Positions 34,703 to 49,652 of a stretch of DNA of 64,000 nucleotides are shown piece by piece. The number at the start of each line of letters is the position of its first letter. Within the stretch, counting starts at the first letter, position 1. Position numbers and translations under genes: made by a program. The DNA is from Paraspadella gotoi. Lineage: Eukaryota > Animalia > Chaetognatha. The notes under the pieces were generated by a model. It saw only the letters and a list, made by a program, of their open reading frames with translations, made no database searches and was not told where the DNA came from. The stretch is taken from assembly GCA_051294375.1 (NCBI GenBank), contig CM119266.1, positions 25,654,161-25,718,160 of the forward strand. Direction: 5' to 3'.

Positions 34703-36078
34703 TTCTTTTCCCTTTGAGCTGCTGAATCTTCTTTATTTATGTTTTCCTTTACTAATTTATTTCTTTTTTCCTTACTCAATTTTTTCGAAAAAGTCGTCAA
34801 TCGCTGATGTTAACCGAATTTACCCAAAACGGTTAACTTTATATTACGTTTTAAGGTTATATAATGTTGATATAAATAGACTGTTAACTAAAGTGACTGT
34901 TACGGAGAAGAAATTGAGACGAATGAAACCTGAAAGTGGGTAAGTATAAAAGATATAAAATAGAAAGGGCGGCCAATTGTCGTTTGGGGAATATACAGAC
35001 GCCATTGTGGACGCTTCCAGGAAAAAAAAGATAAGGCGGAGGTAATCATAAAAAAAAAATAGAAAAGATAAAGAAAAATATGTAAATAAAAAAAAGAATC
35101 GGAAAAGAAATAAATAAAAAAGAAAGAGCAAGACCAATCCCCCCACCGCGCCCCCCCCCCAAAAAAAGAAAGAAGATAATGAGAAAAAACGAGAAATCGG
35201 ATCCGAGTTTCGACTTTTCGACTTTTCGACCCGCGAAAGTTTATCCGCGACAAAAGATCATTCGTCCGCATTTGAATTCCATCTCTGTCTCGCTCTTTCT
35301 CTTCCAAACGATGCCGTTTTCAGTTTCAGTTTCTTAAATTACTTTTTTTATTCTTTCGTTCGTTCGTTCATTTCTTTGTTCGTTCATTTATTAAATAGAC
35401 TTAATCTTCTTGATCTTTTTTTTAACATTCAATCTTCCAGACTCCCGAATATCATTTTCTTTCGCCATTTTATATTTTATTTTCAGTCGGGATATTCCTC
35501 ACCCTCCGGTCTCTGGTTTCCATAACAACGATAAATCGGGAGACTCTTGCCAACGACGACGCCCTCTCGATTTCTCAATGAGCCAGATATGCGTCTCTCT
35601 CGAAAACAAATTCATAGAGATTGTCGAATGAGATTCTGAGTCAGGAAATAAGGGTTATGTTAAAATCTTCGAATAAGATTGGTAGACGGAAGTTTCATAT
35701 CAGATGCTTTAATTAGTTATTTAGAATAAAATACTATTTTTTATGTATTTTACAGTATCACGTAACGTTGTCATATATGAAACTTTGTACATTTCTTATT
35801 TGGCTTCGCAGCGTTGGATTAAGATCGGATTTTACGCTAGAGATTTCAAAAGGCAAAGTCGAATTTATTGCTTCGTCGTCGTCGTCGTCGGCGTCGTCGT
35901 CGTCGTCGTCGTCGTCGTGGTAGTTGTTGTTGTTATTTAAAAAAATCGGCGCCCGACAACAGACGACATTCAGTGCGCGTTGAGCCTCGACTTCAATATG
36001 CAGATTGGATTAAGTCGGTTAGTGAGACGCAATATCTCTCTCTCTCTCTCTCTCACTGCCTCTCTCTTCTCTCTCTCA

Positions 36079-36115
<37 letters not shown>

Positions 36116-36302
36116 ATCAAAAGACCCCAAAAAACTTATCCTCTTCCCCCTTAAAAACCCTGCTCCTCAAGAATTTAAACTTTTTAAACTATAAAATAAA
36201 TATTTGTGTACGTTAAATTTATTTATTCTTTCAAAAGTTTTGCGCTAATGAAATAAAAAAATAGCAAATAATGTGAGTTATCTCTATCTCACACACTTAC
36301 AC

Positions 36303-36340
<38 letters not shown>

Positions 36341-36713
36341 GTCTCTTTTCTTTTGCACTGGCTTTCCTCATTCGAGACGTGTGCTGCCACGCCTCGGGCC
36401 TCTGCGCCGTATGACAGGACTATTGTCGAAAAAATGAGCATCGCGAGGCTGAATCGTGACAAATGAACATCGGGGCAAAGGATTAAAGAGAAAGGATGGG
36501 GAGGAGCTGGATGAGGAGGAGGAAGGGATATCTGGGAGGATCTCAGAGAGGGAGAATGAGACGCCTAGTACAGCATGATGTAGCGTGAGATGGAGACGGA
36601 GGGTAAAAAGAAAGAGAAGGGAGAAAGGAGGAATAGTAAGAGGAGAGAAAGTAAAAACAATTTAAGAAACAGTTGTCAAGAAAAAAAAGATTTAGATTCA
36701 AATTACAGTAAGA

Positions 36714-36762
<49 letters not shown>

Positions 36763-37362
36763 ATTTAGACATTGATCAATTTACCGAGATATATCTGTCA
36801 TTGTCGTCAAAGAAGATAATAATATTATATATAAAGGAGGAACATGAAGGTTTACTAAACCTCTTGATCGAGTATTACAATTTTAGAATTTGGCTGCATT
36901 GTGATTATTTTTATCTATATTCGCATGTACAAAGATTTCGTTTTTAAATATTTTACTTCACGTCCGTCATAAAAATTGTAACGATCCAATTCGCTCCCCC
37001 AGTGAATGTTAATCTGTGGCTTCGTCTTTTCTCACGGCGTCACCAAGCGTCACCCACGCGTCACCCTTTCCATCTCTTCGCGAGTAATTACGCGTCAACA
37101 ATTTAATTCTATTTAACGATATTTAAAAAAAGAAGAACGGGAAAAAAAAAGAGCAACACTTAACACTTGTAGCACCGAGACGGAATAAAAAAGACGTCGA
37201 TGAAAAAGAGAGAGAGAGAGAGAGGAGATAAGAGAAAGGCTTAAGAAAGGGAAAAACGAAATTCATTAGAATTCAAAGCAGTAAAGCATACTATCAGCAC
37301 ACACACTCTGAAGAAAGTAGAGAAACTGAGAGAGAGAGAGAGAGAGAGAGAAGAGAGGAGAC

Positions 37363-37406
<44 letters not shown>

Positions 37407-38829
37407 AGAGGCTTAGTCTCAATGACAAAAAACTCGCGCCTAAATTGACGATAGAAAGAAAGAAGGAAGAAGGAATAAAATCGATTTTTACCCGCGTAGT
37501 TTTTCTTCTCTTCTTTAAGACGCAAATCGTAAGATTTTTTTTCCTGTCCATCAACATTATCATCATCGTTTTCATCATCATCATCATCGTCTTCATCATC
37601 ATCATCGGTCCGCCCATCCAATGTTGATAAAATTGTTTGTTCCTCTTTAAAAATTGAGGCTGTCGGGCATCGAGTGATGGAGTCACTAACTTTTTTCAAA
37701 TTTTGAAAACAAACGAAAAATTTACATTTCACTTTATTTTTTCGTTGGAGTTTGACAAATTTTCTTTTCACAAAATGCCACAACTCCTTTTTTTTTACTC
37801 GAGCTCTCAATCTTTTTTTCCAACTTTTTTCTCCCGGATATTTTTATCTTCTTCAACTTTATCGTTCTCACATTCCTCTTCTTCCTTTGCTCATTCGACT
37901 TCTCTTTTTTCTCATTTTCCTTTTTTCTTTCCTTTTTTTTTCAAATTTCCTCCCTTTTTCTCCCTCTTTTTAGCTTGATATTTTTTTCTTTCATTTTTTT
38001 CCTTATCTCCTTTCTTCTGTTCTTCTTTTTCTTTCTTTTTCTCCTCTTTCCTCGCTCCATTTACACCTTGTCTCGAAAATCTTCGTCTTAAGTTATCGAG
38101 TTACTTCGTCTCAATCTTTTTCTCTTTTATAAATATTTCTCTATGACTCCATTTTTTTNNNNNNNNNNNNNNNNNNNNNNNNNTAGAAGAGAGATTGCAC
38201 TTCTTTCACACTCTCGCTCACGTCTCCCTTCAAGAGCACATGCGTTTGTGCCGTGCTTCAGCTGTGGACGGCTCCTGGTTCTCTGTGCTCGAACTGAGGA
38301 GACCTCCACTCTACGCGATCATTAGCCAGTCTTTCTTTTCCTTTACAAATTTAAATTTATCGTTAATCGCCAGAGCTTAATTTTATGTCCATGTGAGTGT
38401 TTTTGGTTTTAGAAGATCTTTATTAAAACCATTTCCATTTACGAATTTAATCTTGAACAAAAAACTAGCAGAAAAAGGAAGGTAAGAGAGAGAGAGGAGA
38501 GATGAGAGAGATGAGAGAGATGAGATGAGAGAGCAGTGATGGTTGAGATGATTGTAGTGTAATGAGAGATGTTAGAGAGAGAGAGGATATATAGCTTGAG
38601 AGTATGAGTAGTAAGATGAATATCAGTACGTATGCTAAACAAGTTCGATGTGCGGTACTGAATAATTATCTTCTCATCGTATTAATAAGAGGGAGAGGGA
38701 GATGATGGTAGAGGAGTAGTAGTATGAGAGATGTATGTAGAGTTATGTAGAGACGACGAGAGAGTTGAGGAAGTAGGGAGATGAGATGAAGTAGAGATTG
38801 TAGATTTGAATAGAGTTATGAGAGAGAAA

Positions 38830-39606
38830 GAGATGGAGAGTCCCTCTGTCTCAGGAAAAACTCTCTGAGCAACGCTCCGAAGGAAAAACAATTTCAAGTT
38901 TTTCGAAGCAGCTGTTGTCGGAGTCGGCGGCAATTTGCCGATTTCGCGGCCGCCGACAACGTGAAGGGTTTTTCATACTCGGGACGCAACGTTCCGTGTG
39001 GGGGGAGCCCGGCACCGTGATGCGCTGACTATACTATATATTTTACTGATAATTGGTCTATATATTTCGATTATTAGTAAACTTTACATAGTTTACTTTA
39101 GTTATCCTGTCCTTTTCATTTTTCTGTTTGAATTTTTTAACGAGCGCAGACTTTGAAGTATCATTGTTGCTTTTAGAAATTTTTACACCACGTACAATTT
39201 TTTTTTCAAAAAATTTTCCTATAGACTTTGGACTGAATTTGGACCAATCTTACAGGCCTCTAATGCTTTCGCTATTTCCAAGTTTCGTAATTTTTTCAAA
39301 AGCTGATATTTCGAGAAGCTTCCCCTGTATTCAAGCAACTCGAGATTATTTTGCACTCACATAGCGTAAAAGAAACTCACCCGCATGTATTAAATTCACT
39401 TACTAATGTCACTAAATTGTTTCTTCAAATCGGAACTTTTCTAAGATTCTATTAGAATTTTTTAAAAAAATTTTTATAAATCTTTTTATTCTCTTCCTTT
39501 TGGGGTTGAAATCCGAGAGTCACTGCGTCTCGTGAGAGTTTTGTTAAGGTTTCGAGTGAGGGAGCGAGTTTAAGGAGTAAGGGAAATAGGAATAAAGATA
39601 GAAGAG

Positions 39607-39655
<49 letters not shown>

Positions 39656-39837
39656 GAGTAGGGAAATCTCAAACGAATCGTAAAACGCAGATTAGAAAAG
39701 AAAGATTTCCTTTCTTTTTTCTTTTTACGAAGTAGAATTTTGTGAGGAGACGAAAATTGGAGGAGGGACGTTGATTATCAGGGAGAAAAAGAGAGGAATG
39801 GCAAGAAGACGAGAGAAGAGAGAGAGAGAGGAGAGAG

Positions 39838-39876
<39 letters not shown>

Positions 39877-39985
39877 TGAGAGAGAGAGAACAATTATTCG
39901 TCTCCTTCACAAAATTCTACTTCGTAAAAAGAAAAAGAAAGGAAATCTTTCTTTCTAATCTGCGTTACGATTCTTTTGAGATTTC

Positions 39986-40033
<48 letters not shown>

Positions 40034-40742
40034 TCTTATCCTATTTCCCTTACTTCCTTAACTCGCTCTCACTCGAAATTAACACAAACTCTCACGAGAC
40101 GAGTGACTCTCGGATTTCAACCCCAAAAAGGAAGAGAAAAAAGATTTTAAAAAATTTTTAAAAATTCTAAAGAATTTAGAAAAGTCGTGAAGACAATTTA
40201 GTGAATTAGTAAGTGAATTAAATACATGCGTGAGTTTCTTTTACGCTATGTGGTGCAAATAATTCGAGTGGCTTGTATACAGGGGAAGCTTCTGAAATAT
40301 AGCTTTGAAAAAATTTACGAAACTTGGAAATAGCGAAAGCATTAGAGGCCTGTAAGATTGGTCCTAAATTCAGCCAAATCTATAGGAAAATTTAAAAAAA
40401 ATGTCGTGGTGTAAAAATTTTAAAAAGCAACAATATACCTAAAGTTGGCTCGTTAAAAAATTCAAACAAAAAATGAAGTTGACAAGGACAGGATAACTAA
40501 AGTAAACTAATGTAAAGTTTACAATAATCGAAATATATAGACCAATTTCATAAAATATATAGTATTTGTCCGAGTATGAAAAACCCTTCACGTTGTCGGC
40601 GGCCGCGAAATCCGGCAAATGCCGCCGACTCCGACAACAGCTGCTTCGAAAAACTTGAAATTTTTTCTTCGGAGTTGCTCAGAGAGTTTTTCCTGAGACA
40701 GAGGGTCTCTCTCTCTTTCTCTCTCTCTCTTTCTCTCTCTCT
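38830..40742. repeat. Local inverted duplication: noisy 38830-39760 versus clean 39890-40742
   Basis: Reverse-complement matches throughout, e.g. tatatttcgattatt...gttatcctgtcc (39060) versus ggacaggataac...aatcgaaatata (40490). Confidence 0.9.
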
Positions 40743-40767
40743 NNNNNNNNNNNNNNNNNNNNNNNNN

Positions 40768-43700
40768 GAGAGAGATAAGAATAGGAAAGAAATTTCAAAA
40801 AATTCCCTCAAGATGTGAGAATTTTTCCTGGCTAGGACGTAGCATATTTGTAATGATCCAGCGGGTCGGAACAGCACGAACCGCTGAAAAAGTTTCATAA
40901 AAATCCAAATGAAACGCGGACAATGTAAGATCGTTTCCTTTTTTTAAATGAGGAACGATTATTTCAAAAATGGATGTGACAACATTTTATTCTCGCATTT
41001 AGGAAGAAGAAAAAGTTCGTCTATATAAAATCCCGTCTCTTCAAAAAAAAGTCCAAAGGGAGATAAAAAGGGCGACCTCTGTATACGATCAGGAACGTTA
41101 TTCGCTTGGTCTTTGTTTTTTTTTTCTCTCTGACTTTCTTCGCTGTTCTTTTGTTGGCGATGAATATTTATGGATTTCAAGGGGATAATCAGCGCAGAGG
41201 AAGAAGGGATTGGAGTTAACGATGACGACGAACGACGAATGACGACGTTGAGGTTAGACGACGAAACGATTATCAAATATGAAGAAGACGACAATGATGA
41301 ACAATGATGAAAGTAATGATTTAAAGAATGAACAACGCTGTTGCGGCAATGAAGTATGATAGTTTTGATTAATAAATTTCATAATGATTATTTGACTAAT
41401 AGATGCGAAATGACAAGAAGTGAAGTGACGAGAGTGAACGACGTAACGATGACGGAGGCAGACATGCAAGACAGGACAGAGGACGAGCAGAGCGACGAAG
41501 CTGAATTTCTTGCGTCAAGGGATTCGATGAAGAGAGCGAGAGTCTTAGATTCTCGGAATTGTTCTCTCTCTTCTATTATCGTCTCTTCTTCTCTCTCTCT
41601 CGGTTCTTCTCTCCTCTCTCAGTTCTTCTCTCTCTCTCTCTCTCTCTCTCTGTTCTCTTCTCGTCTCTCTCTCTGTCTCTTTTTTTTTATCTCTTCCCTT
41701 TTCCTCCTTTCCTTCTTCCTACTCCTCAGTTCCTGCTCTGCTTTTGGGTCTTTCCGACAATAAATTCAGGAAAAGTGAAAAGGGGCAAAATCTTAGTAGC
41801 AAAACAATAATAAACTTCTTCCCCTAAATTTGGGTTTTAGCTTCGTTTCTTTAATTTGTTTGTTTTATCTCAAAAAACGAGAGGACATCGCGCTACTTTA
41901 TTTCCGAAATGAAATAAATACGAATAATGTGAAGTTTTAATTACACTGTGCAATTTTCAAAGTCGGTAAAGAGACTTGTGAATGAATGATGTCATGTACT
42001 CGAATATCACGTTAAGTTTTTTCCCCCGTTAGAAATGACTTACACTCTTATGTCAAGCTTTTTATTCCTTTCTCATGTGTTTCTTATTTCTGCGATCTTT
42101 CTTTTTTCTTTCTCTCTAATAAACTCTCTTGTTCATTTATAAATTTTTTCCACTTCTTTTCCGCTTTTTGTCTCTTTTCTTCTCTCGCCTCTCTCTATCC
42201 CCCCTCCCTCCCTGCTACCCCCACAACCCCCCACCATTTTCGCCCGACAACAAAGACCATCAAATCAACGGGCGACTGGAACTTTGTCCCGATCGATTGA
42301 GGTCAAATGAATCAAGATTCAGAACAATATCGACTGGAATTTTTCTTGGCGATTCCAATCCTAGCTCTCGGGATTCCATCGAGGACTTTACCATGGGAGG
42401 GGGGGGGCGTAGGCGAGAGACACATGGGTCCTGATTTTAATGAGGTCTGATCTCGTGTGGTCCGATATTTGAATGTAGAACACGTATCTTGCCTTTTTTT
42501 TTTGTCATTGGATGCGTCTCGTTATGTTATAGCAGTATAGATATGATATGGTAGTATTTGCCGTACGTTGTGACTCGATATGATATCACTTATTTATTAT
42601 ATATTAATAATATATATAATTATATACTATAGTAGTTCAGTCCCGCAAAAAAAGAACTTGAACTGGGGGTTGGCGTAGTGGTAGTGGATGCAAAGGCGCT
42701 TTTATTCCAGAACGTTAGGAATCAATAACGGATATCTTAATTTTGGTCACTCGAAACAATATCGCCAAAAAAAATAATAAAGTGAATCAAAGGAAAAAAG
42801 AAAAAAAATCGACGATCAACGGAATAAAATAAGCGAGGAAAAAAATAAAGAGAGAGAAGTGACTTGTAAAAGAAGGAAGCCCAGAATTCAACGCGAAAAG
42901 AATAAAGGGAGGCAAGAAGAAAGGCGGAGAAAAAAAGGGAGAAAAATAGGAAAAGGAAATGGAGAAAAAACGGTGGCGGGGGCTTTGTGCATCTTTCGTT
43001 AGCTTGGCGCTTTCATATCCGGACACTCCTCATCCGGCCGTAGCAGGGGGGCGACTCGAACATCAGGAGAAACGCCTGATTAAATGCTAGCAACAAGATT
43101 CAGGCTTTTTTTAACGCCAGGCGATCCTCTTTTGATCGGGTTTCGAGACCTGATTCTCTTTGGTTTTTTAGGCTTAGGGATTTTAGTCATTTTTGTCACT
43201 TACACTCGGAATCTGTATATGCTGCTAATTACTGGCTCTAGTTTGGATGTAAGGAATTCACCCATGGCCTAGTAAATATCCAAATTGTAGATTATCTGAA
43301 AATGTTTACTTTGTTGTCTTAAACAGCAGGTTGATGTAAACTATCTTTATGCATTGCGTTACTTATGTTTTCTATTTGCCGTGGTGATCTTATCGTTTCC
43401 ATTTTCCAGAACTTATGGTATCACAATGTCGTACTAATGCGATATCATTCGGGATTATGACGTCACCTCTTCTCAGGTCGCGCGGATGTCTTTTGCGCTT
43501 ATTTTATGCAATTGCACCATAAAACGGCATAAGCTCAATCCATTGAATCACACAAAGGAGAAATCGGATGTATTTTCAGGGAAGAGAAGGGAGGGGAGGG
43601 GAGAATGCAGCGCCGGGACAAAGAAGAGAAAGCGGACAAATTGAGAGAGAGAGAGAAGAGGAGAGAGAGAGAGAAGAGAGAGAGGAGGGGAGAGAGAGGA

Positions 43701-46700
43701 GAGAGGAGAGAGAGAGAGAGAAACAAGAAATAAGAAAAAAGGATATTTTTAAAGAAACCTAAAGGGCCGAGAAATGGCCGGTGCGGGGTGCCGGCTGCAA
43801 ATGGGAGTCGTTTAAAAAATCGTGGATTCAGATACTGAAAAAAAAGAAAGAATAAAAAAAGATCAAAAAAAGGATAGAGAAGAAAAAAATGCGCGGGGAG
43901 ATCGGAAGAGCAAAAGAGAAGAGGGAACAAATGCCCGAAGAACCCCGGGGAACAATCAGAATTCGACCCCGGGGGCGAGAGAGAGGGCGTTGACAGGTGG
44001 GGGGGTGGAGGGGAGAGACGGATCGAAGGGGGGCGGTTGAATTTGGTAAGTGGTGAGGGGTTTTTGTGGTAATGAGGGTGGTCGAATGATGAACGGATTA
44101 TTCTGAGTTTGTGAGAGAGATAAAAGTTTCTTGGGACGGGAGAGAAATCCAAGATAGTGATAAGAAGTGAAGAACGGGGTAAAAAGGAAGTTTGCCAGAG
44201 AAATTTTTGTTGATTTTAGAGGTGAGATTTGAGTCTGATATTTAAAAGGAAAAGGAGAGGAAAAGAAGGATTAGAAAAATGAAGAAAGGAAAAGAAGAGG
44301 AAAAGAAGGGATTAGAAAGAAGAAAATGAGCAAAAGGAAAAGGAGAGAAAAGAAGGGGGTTTAGAAAGATAATGAAGAAAAGGAGAAGAGAAAAAGCAGA
44401 AGCAAGGAGTGAGAGGGAACAAAGGAAAAGAAGAAAAATTAGCTGGAGGCGACGAAGTGCGTGTCCGGCCGCTTAATCGCAATAATCTTATCCACGCTAT
44501 TCGCACCACCCACACCACTTTGTCCCAGCTCTACGCCACTCTACGCCACCCTATCGGCCACCTACGCCACTTGCATTACGGCCGATTTCGCGGGAGCCAG
44601 CGCCCGAATCGGCGGAGAGAGGATCTGTCTTTCCCGCAAAGAATTTTTCCTTTCAAAAGTGGAGAGAAAAAAACATGCATTCGCGTGTCGGCTGAGCGGA
44701 AGTTGGTTTATTTTATATAATATATATACAGTAAATCATTTTCTATATTCATGTCGATATTGTCGCTGCTATCACCGGTGGGGCTAACTCGAAGGAGAAC
44801 AAGAGAGGTTGCTTTGCGCTGAGCATCGATGATCCTTTAAGTTGGAATTAAGGTGGTCTTCTTGTTGTTAATAAAAAATGTGTGTATCGTGTGATTTTTT
44901 TAGTCAGTCTTTTTTATGATTTTTTGGTCGGTTCTGTACTAGTCTACGTTATGAACTCCGTTCGTCTTAGTCGGTCCATACAGTAAGAAAGAAAAAAAAG
45001 AAAACAAATATTCTAATTATCGGTTTTCCTCAAGAGGCGCGAGAGGCTGCTGGCAAGACAACAAGCGACAAAACTCGTACACAACAATCGACGACGAAAA
45101 AGAGGCTGGAGGCTGGAAGCGCAAACATATCCTGATTGAATAGAGTGACGAGTGACGATGGGAAGTGGCGTCGGGTCGCGTTTTATGATGGAGATAATGG
45201 TGTTGCTAGTGTTGTGGTAGTGATTTAGGGTGATGGTGTTTTGGTGTGACGGGTGGATGGAGGCTCGGTGGTGGGATGGGTGGGGAAAGAGAAGATTTTA
45301 GAGAGGCGACGATGAACAGTGAACGAAGACGAGCGACTAGAACGACGGAAGACGGAGAATTCGAATTACTCTGCCGAATATTTGCTCTTCGAGAAGGTAG
45401 TTATGAATCGATCGGACGACGGAGTAATGACGAGGACAGATCGAGAGAGACGAGAAGAAGAGCGAAGACGAATGTCGAACGACCATGACCGCGACGAACG
45501 ACGACGACGACACGACGACGAAGTAAAGAAGACGACATTCGTGAAGACGATGGACTGGGACGACGGTCATGAATATCGATCTGTGCGACGTCGATGAAAT
45601 TCGTGAATGAAGTTCACGATCACAACGACGACTTTTTTTTCTACAATGAATGGGATCATCGTTCTCTCGATGCTTGGGCTCTCTCTCGCTTCTGTCTCTC
45701 GGTTCTCACTTCTCTCCATCTTCTGTTCTCGCCTTTCACTCATCTATCTCCCCATCCTGTATTCCCTCGCACTCTCTCTCGCATTCTGTTCTCCTCTCAC
45801 TCTCTTCTGGCATTCCGTCTCTCCCTTCACTCTCTCTTCGCATTCTGTCTATCCCTCTCACTCTCTCTCTCATTTTTCTAAGGAAATATTTCCCTTCGAC
45901 GTCGAATGGTTAAGACTCGAGTCTTTTCGAATGGAATGCGACGTTGGAACGCGAATGGGTGAAGGTAGTGACGGTGAGGGTGAATTGGGAGGTGGAAGTT
46001 TTGGGTTTAGGAAAATGGGGGTGGAAGCAGAGGGTGGAGGAACCAGAGGTCGAAATGAGATGAGGAAGTTGTTTTCGAATGCCTTTGACTCCTTTTATCA
46101 TTGTAATTTTTAAAAAAATTGTAGGAAAACTTTAACATAAATTTTTTAATCTCTATTAGAATCCGTTTTAAAAAAAATCATATATTAATGGCTTTCATGC
46201 ATGAAAAAAATGAATAAATTTAAAATATATACATCATAATCATTCTGTCGCGTAATGGACAACCGTTTTAACTTCAGTTTGTTTTATATAATAAAAACGT
46301 TGGATTCTGACTGGCCGGCCGTTCGTTGAGGTGGTCAGTTCCAATCTCGTGCTAATAAATAAAAAGTCCAACGAAAGTAATCGAAGAGAACGACTAAATA
46401 TGATTCTAGGTTCTCACTGGAGAATGAGATCTTCCAACGTCAACGGAAACTGAGATGAGATCTTCCAACGGTCAAAGGAAACGACTTCTACTTGGATTTG
46501 ATCTTATAAACTTTCATTATGAGATTTGTACTCTGCATAGACAAGATGAGCGGACGGTTGAGGACACGGTGAACGATGATACGACCGAGTTCCAGTGCAG
46601 CTCGCTTCCAATGAAAATTTTTTGTCATAAAAATTCACTAAATTGATTTCTAAGTTAGTTTATCATTTCGATCTTTTTTTTTAAAAAAAACTTTATAACC

Positions 46701-47198
46701 GTTTTATTTTTTGTTTCCATTTTTTTCCCTCTTCATTTTCCTTTTTTTTTTATCTCATTACGTCAATTTTTACAGTTAATAAGACATGGATGTCATAGAA
46801 CAGTGACATTAAATAAATACAATATTTTGTCAGATGTCTATTCGCCGAGGGTTTTGAGTCGTCGTCGTCGTCGTCGTCGTTCGTCGTCGGTCGTCGTCGT
46901 CGGTCGTCTCGTCGTGTCGATCGTTTGGATTCCGCCCCATTCGTCTGTGTTTTTTGCGTCGTCAAAATTGATGTGATTGCTGATTCTGATGTTTTCACAG
47001 TTCGTACAGTTTTATGCTGTCCGTCCGTCGCTGTTGTGATGTGTCTATTTTTCTTGCGTAGTTGCTATTGTTAGTCGTCGTCGTCGTCGTTCTCCTTCTC
47101 TCCCAAACCTCTTTATCACCGAATATCGAATCGGTTGCAGGTAGAGAGTGAGAAGGGGAGAAGGCCAAGAGAGAAGAGAGAGAGAGGAAGAGAGAGAG

Positions 47199-47238
<40 letters not shown>

Positions 47239-47822
47239 GAGAGAAGAGAAAGAAATAATAGAAACTTGATCATTATTCTCAATCAACTTTAATGAAAACG
47301 GTCCGTCTTTCTCCCATCATGTGGCACGTCGCTCTTTTTTTTTTTCAGGGTGGAAAAAAGGGAAAAAAAGAAATAACGACAGAGATTATCGTAACGATCT
47401 ATCAAACAGAGGGTGACATAGAGATAGATAAGTCCGCCAGATCTTTGGAAATTCCATCACCCGCGTTTTTTCTGTTTGCTTCTATTTCCTCTTCTTTTAT
47501 TATTAGTATATCTTTTCGTTTCCGGCAGCGAAAAGTTAGAGGTAAAGGCAAAGTCGATGGCGCCGAGAGAATTAGTCGGGCGGAGGAAGGGGAGGAAAGG
47601 GAGGAAAGGAGACGAGAAGAATTTGAGAAAGAATGAAAGAGAAGATTTGAAAATGAAGGAAGGATAGGGAAGCAGAAAAAAGCAGATACTGGCGAAAGGT
47701 TAATAGAAAGAGAGTTAGGATGAAAAGGGGAAACCTATCGCTGTATACTTTTTTAAAAAGAAATAAAGCCTGATCAAGTGACAAGGTAGAGTACAAAAGC
47801 AGAGGAAAAGAGAGAAGGAGAG

Positions 47823-47854
<32 letters not shown>

Positions 47855-49470
47855 AGAGAGGAGACGAGAGAGAGAGAGAAGAGAGAGAGAAACAAGGGTG
47901 AGGATTTGATAAAGGCTGAAACAGCAGACGGGGACATAAAGGAAGAATGAAGCCTTTTAGGGTGAGGTGAGATAAGGCCGGGGGATGATGGAATGAGAAA
48001 TGGGTAGAAAATGTATGTAAGGATCAGATGAAGTAGGTTGAGATGAGGTTAGACGAATAGAAATGAGTTAGCAAAATGAGAAAGGACGTTGCATAATGAG
48101 AAATGATGTGAATAGAGGGAGTGAATGTGAGATGCGGTATGTGAGGTGACCGACAGGCGACGGCGAAAGCGAGGAGAAGTTTGTACGGCAAGTCTTGTCT
48201 TCGGGTTTATTTACTCGTCGTCCGCAGTGATCTTTATTCGCTTAGCGCCTCCCTTTCTCTGCCCCTCGAACGGCACCTGTTTTAAATGTCCTTACCGAAC
48301 CTGCATTAATCCTCTCCTTGTCTCCGCGATTCCCATCTCCATCCACGGCCGACCAACTTTTTCGCCTTTTAAAAGAAAATATTCTCAGGGGAAAAAAAGG
48401 ACAGAAAAATGTTTAGGAAACAAACCAAACAAGAGAAGGATGAAGAATGAAAAGACGAGGAAAGAGCTTTAGGAGTGAAAGAAGAAAAATATGAAGATGA
48501 GGCATGAAATAAGAAAAGTCAAGTCAAATGCAGAAAGTAGGGTGAAAAATGTGGATTGTGGAGTCTTATAGAAATTGGAATGAAATTTAAATAAGAACTC
48601 AATTTACAAAAAAAAAATAAGAAATGAAAGAAAGAAAGAAAGAAAGAAAGAAAAGAAGAATGAGAAGAAAGAAAGAAAGAAAGAAGAAAGAAAGAAAGAA
48701 AGAAAGAAGTTAGAATGAAAACGATCTATTAACTTTCAATGATAAAAAACTAACTTAAAGAAAATAAAGTAAGAAAGAAATTCCATAACAATGGAAAAAT
48801 AGAAAATGAAAAAAACAATAAGAAGGCTAAAGTAACGAGGTTCAATAAATTAACAAACATAAAAAAAGCTGAACGCATCACCCCCCCGCCACTCCCTGTG
48901 CACCCCCACCGCACTCTCAATGTCTCAAAAAAAAAATAAGTCTTTCTCCATCATCGACGAGCGATGCCGATGATTTATCATGCCACGGGCGTCAGACTCC
49001 GGGCGCTGCCGCACCTTCTGGACTTGGCTCGCTTTGAATACGCTTATTGTTCGAAAACGTGTGTAGCAACTTGCACTGTCGAAGAAGCGATGATCACACC
49101 TGTTCTTTTCGAAGAAATAGGAGGGAATGCGACAGAAGACCCAGGATGTCTCGAAGAAGACAGGGCAGCAGTTAGACGACGACGTCGACGACCAATCAAG
49201 CAAGAACACGACGACGAAAAGGACCGGTCTAATTGATGATAAGTTTTCCGGGACTCTCAGAACAACAAATTATCCTTTTCTTTAAATCATCCCATCCCCG
49301 AGGGTGCAGAACAGCGCACTTTCTTCTAGAGAATTTCCCTTTCTCGACTTGCTCGCAACTTCCTCGGTTCCCTCCTTTTTTTCTTCTCTGTCTTCTCTTT
49401 CAAATTTACTTATTTTCGTTGTATTACGAGAAGAACAAGGTTAATTGATACACTAAATATTGTAGCCCGT
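40768..49470. repeat. Error-rich ~8.7-kb copy, inverted relative to 53800-62410
   Basis: Continuous reverse-complement collinearity: 40790/62400, 43450/59760, 44540/58670, 46430/56830, 48200/55070, 49220/54005, 49400/53860. Confidence 0.93.
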
Positions 49471-49538
49471 CGTCTGTTTCCTTACATAGTCATGCTCTCC
49501 TCTTCTCATCTCTCTCTCTCTCTCGTCTCCTCTCTCTC

Positions 49539-49619
49539 TCCCATCTATCTCTCTCTCTCTCTCTCTCACTCTCCTCGTCATTCTTCTCTCGTCCCTCCTC
49601 TCCTCGTCCTTCGGTTCTC

Positions 49620-49652
<33 letters not shown>

